A DNA stretch of 64,000 nt from Basidiobolus meristosporus CBS 931.73 (Eukaryota > Fungi > Basidiobolomycota): positions 62,001 through 126,000 of the forward strand of contig MCFE01000116.1 of the NCBI GenBank assembly GCA_002104905.1, given 5' to 3'. Within the stretch, counting starts at the first letter, position 1. Every line of letters begins with the position of its first letter. Made by a program: the position numbers and the translations under genes. This document shows positions 60,954-64,000 of this stretch, piece after piece. Below the pieces are notes generated by a model. The model did no database searches, had not been told where the DNA came from, and saw only the letters and a list, made by a program, of their open reading frames with translations.

Positions 60954-61172
60954 ATGAAACTGATCAATATTATTACAATTCTGGCTACTCTCACCATGAT
61001 TACAGCTGGCCTTCCACTGGCCCAACAGAGCCAGGATTCGGCGGGAGACAAGAGAGATCTTCATGATTTCTGTGGAGGCTGGTTCTGCGGCCATGTAAAG
61101 CGTGCGAACATCAACAAAATCGACTCACTAACTCTGGACTTGATTGACCCAGTTGAGCTACCTTGGGTCTGA
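60954..61172 (+). CDS. Precursor copy 41 (divergent edge copy, canonical core)
   Basis: MKLINIITILATLTMITAG-LPLAQQSQDSAGDKR-DLHDFCGGWFCGHV-KR. Confidence 0.9.
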   Translation: MKLINIITILATLTMITAGLPLAQQSQDSAGDKRDLHDFCGGWFCGHVKRANINKIDSLTLDLIDPVELPWV

Positions 61173-62630
61173 GGGGCATTTCGCTTTGGTCTAGCTGACA
61201 AGATATAAGGGATTACGCATGTTTGAGTTCAGGCTCTTCAACCGCACACCGCCAACTTAATGTAACATATGTCCACAATCAAGTTGGGAATTTTGACACA
61301 TAAATTAAATCTGCCTGTATGTATGCTGATGGTGTGTACAAATCATGATTTAGCACCACTTATTCATGTACACTGGATGGCTAGGTGAGTGAATATAAAG
61401 TGCTTATACTCAAGATTGAGTCTAGTGGATTGAGCATAGAACTTTTGCAAGACGTACCCTGTGAGTTTGACAGATTTTAATTACGGCATAGGCTGGTTAA
61501 ACTAAATGTAGAAACATGTCATGGATGGATTTTTCCAAACTTAAGGTCTTTGGGCTTCTGTGCTGAACTAGCAAAATATCTGTCAAATGCTCAATGAACT
61601 GGACATGGTATAGAGTGAATGAGTAGGTGCATTACTGAAGATTTACAATCCATACGGTAGTGGCTACTCACGTATTGTGGATTGTCTAGCACCTACACTT
61701 GGATTCGGAGTAATTAACAAGAAACAGGAAACTAAAAAGTAAGCATCAACCTCACTCCTTGGGTTTGATAAATTACCCACCTCAGCACATCAATCCAAAG
61801 AATCCTAATTCAGCCCCATCGATACAAGATTTTGATCTTATGGTGATTTACGATCTAATAAAAAATGAAACTCCATGACCAATCATTTTTTTTTCCTAGA
61901 GCCTGTTTGAGAAATCCCAATTTTGCTCACAACAATCATCATGACCCTCCCCCTACCTACCGTCAACGCGTGACTTTTGAGGAGTTGAACTATAGTACTA
62001 TGTCTGGTATGACAAGTGCAAGTTTACGTTGCCGTAGTGAATAGGTCGCTTCTAAGTAGACAGAGGTAATCTTGCAATTCTTCGCCTTCCTGTCCAGCCA
62101 CAAGGAATAGAGACTCTCTGAAGTTGGGCCCCTATGCATATGGGCAAAACATCACTCATCACAAATCATTGTATCAACAAGAAAATCGCCAATTCAACAG
62201 TGGTGGGAATCACCGGAATCACCGGAATCATACATAATCAAGGTATTCGAGAAACCATTTATTCTGGCCATGAGGGAGGTGATGCATTCGTGACGTCAAC
62301 GATTAATCCTAGAACCGATAACATTTAATCGACCCCCGCTAAATTCACACCAGTTAACACTAGATTATCGAATTGATGAACATCACCCATCTACCCCAAA
62401 TATGCACCACCAGTAGGTATATTCAAGCTTAAATGAGCTCATTAGCTGTGAGGCCCATACAACGGGTAGAGAGGATGCTAGAAAGCCGAAGGGTATAGGT
62501 GGCACTTCTTCGATCTAAATCTAGAATCTGGATCTATTGGTGTGACCATTTTCCAAAATATAAAACCATTTGGCTCTCCTCGGGATTCAGTGTGCCTTGA
62601 CACTACACTTCCAATCTCCCATACATTAGC

Positions 62631-63209
62631 ATGACTCAATACCTGACTGCCATCCCAGTGACCAGAGAGAACTTCGCTCCTTACGGAGATGTGGTCTGCG
62701 CTCATGACGGGCCTTTCATCAGCGCTAACCAGGGTACTGCCCAACGCTACAACCACGTTGCCACCTGCACCAACAACCGGGAAACCGAGAAGTCCGATGT
62801 CCCCAAGGCGAACCCTAACTTGTGCGTGTTCCGATGCAAGCCAGCAACCCAGATTCCTTTCCCCATCAAGCTTCTTGAGCGTCACCCCTACTCCTCCCAA
62901 TGCTTCGTCCCCATGGCTACCGAGCGCCCATCCAAGGGGTACCTGGTCATCGTCGCGCTGAACGGAAAGGACGACAAGCCCGACCTCTCCACCATGAAAG
63001 CCTTTACCTTCGCACGCAACCAAGGCGTAAACTATGGAGCCGGAATCTGGCATCACCCAATGGTCGCCCTTGAGGAGCTCACCGACTTCGGCTGCATTGT
63101 GTGGGAAAACAAGGTCCCCCATCACGATTGCAATATTGTCGAAATCGGAGGTGACTACAAAACCCACATTCCTGGCTACCGCGCCGCCTCCCCCTCCACC
63201 AAGCTCTAA
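62631..63209 (+). CDS. DAL3: Ureidoglycolate lyase (allantoin catabolism)
   Basis: Motifs FAPYGDV, ANQGTA, LLERHPYSSQCFVP, QGVNYGAGIWHHP. Confidence 0.93.
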   Translation: MTQYLTAIPVTRENFAPYGDVVCAHDGPFISANQGTAQRYNHVATCTNNRETEKSDVPKANPNLCVFRCKPATQIPFPIKLLERHPYSSQCFVPMATERPSKGYLVIVALNGKDDKPDLSTMKAFTFARNQGVNYGAGIWHHPMVALEELTDFGCIVWENKVPHHDCNIVEIGGDYKTHIPGYRAASPSTKL

Positions 63210-63567
63210 ACCCATTCACGTTACATAGCATCTGCAGATCATGTGTGAGCATAAACATCATAAATAAATAAACAAAAGCATTTCACCAACAATTTCCTCC
63301 ATCTATTCTCATACCACCAAAGCAATCAGTGACCACTGCTCTTGATATTATCACATGGCAACTTCATGCTCCCAGTCAGACATCAGGAAATGTCGCATGA
63401 TTCACGTGACCAGATGATCCGTACCGATCCCTCTGATCGCGGCCGATCAGAAAAGATCAATTAAAAAAACAAAAAAATCGGGGGAAGATCTCATTTAATA
63501 GATGGTTCTTCGGAGATGGAGCAACCCCTTTCGCGTTTGCCAAAGTTTACGTGCAGACTAATCCAAG

Positions 63568-64000
63568 ATGGCTGTTGGAAAGAACAAGTAAAGAGCGAAT
63601 TTCACATCCCCGCCAGATTCAGTTTCGATTCTAACCAGTTACTTCGGATGTAATTAGGCGCCTCTCTAAAGGAAAGAAGGGTTTGAAGAAGAAGATGTAA
63701 GTTATCCATCAAGCCTCAGCAGATCCATCCATCGATCCCCACCCAGGCATGATGCTAACCGTTTGAATTGGTATCTAGCGTTGATCCCTTCACCCGTAAG
63801 GACTGGTATGACATCAAGGCACCATCCCTTTTCGAAGTCCGCAACGTTGGTAAGACCCTTGTCAACCGTACCCAAGGTTTGAAGAACGCCACCGACTACT
63901 TGAAGGGTCGTGTTCTCGAGGTCTCCCTCGCCGATTTGAACAAAGACGAGGACCAATCTTTCCGTAAGATTCGCCTCAGAGTTGATGAAGTTCAAGGCAA
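63568..64000 (+). CDS. RPS1: 40S ribosomal protein eS1 (S3Ae), 5' part; continues beyond the window
   Basis: Exons 63568-63587, 63658-63696 and 63779 onward give [36 protein letters not shown]...[13 protein letters not shown]. Confidence 0.97.

Larger units (their letters stand above)
26582..61172 (+). repeat. Tandem array of 41 prepropeptide loci; core region built from ~1.79 kb A+B units
   Basis: A-type start codons recur every ~1.78-1.83 kb from 32287 to 58833, with one 1332-bp shortened unit. B-type genes lie ~0.9 kb after each A gene. All loci are on the + strand. Confidence 0.97.

Noticed and set aside
26582-61172. CRISPR-like or simple satellite interpretation of the array
   Set aside because: Units are ~0.9/1.8 kb with complete genes under apparent purifying selection. 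There are no short repeat-unique spacer units and no cas genes, and the context is eukaryotic.

Overview
Eukaryotic, most likely fungal, genomic window (GT-AG introns; Syp1/FCHO-like, DAL3-like and ribosomal eS1 genes) with three zones. (1) 1-20.9 kb is transposon-rich: a decayed Ty1/copia element with a nested solo LTR, a DDE_Tnp_4 (PIF/Harbinger-ISL2EU-type) transposase, and a full-length degenerate copia element (15748-20428, TSD AATAA). Inside this zone lies an ~8.7 kb virus-like island (1867-10548): an intronless RPB2-like RNA polymerase subunit with one in-frame stop, and a divergent DUF2738-like (putative NCLDV ssDNA-binding) gene, set between ~5 kb of AT-rich tandem repeats. (2) A multi-intron muniscin (F-BAR + mu-homology) gene at 21.3-24.3 kb. 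(3) The main feature is a ~35 kb head-to-tail array (26.6-61.2 kb) of 41 recognisable loci, 34 with uninterrupted ORFs, encoding tiny secreted prepropeptides: 19-aa signal, 15-aa pro region ending in KR, core DLHDFCGGWFCGHV, KR, then a variable tail. The core is a predicted Kex2-released, disulfide-ringed 14-mer with an N-terminal Xaa-Xaa-His (ATCUN) motif. It is amplified by gene copy number, as alternating A/B genes in a ~1.79 kb unit, and each promoter inspected carries TTC-N3-GAA palindromes. I do not recognise this peptide family; function is untested. Ureidoglycolate lyase and ribosomal protein eS1 genes close the window. All family assignments come from motif recognition by eye, with no database searches.
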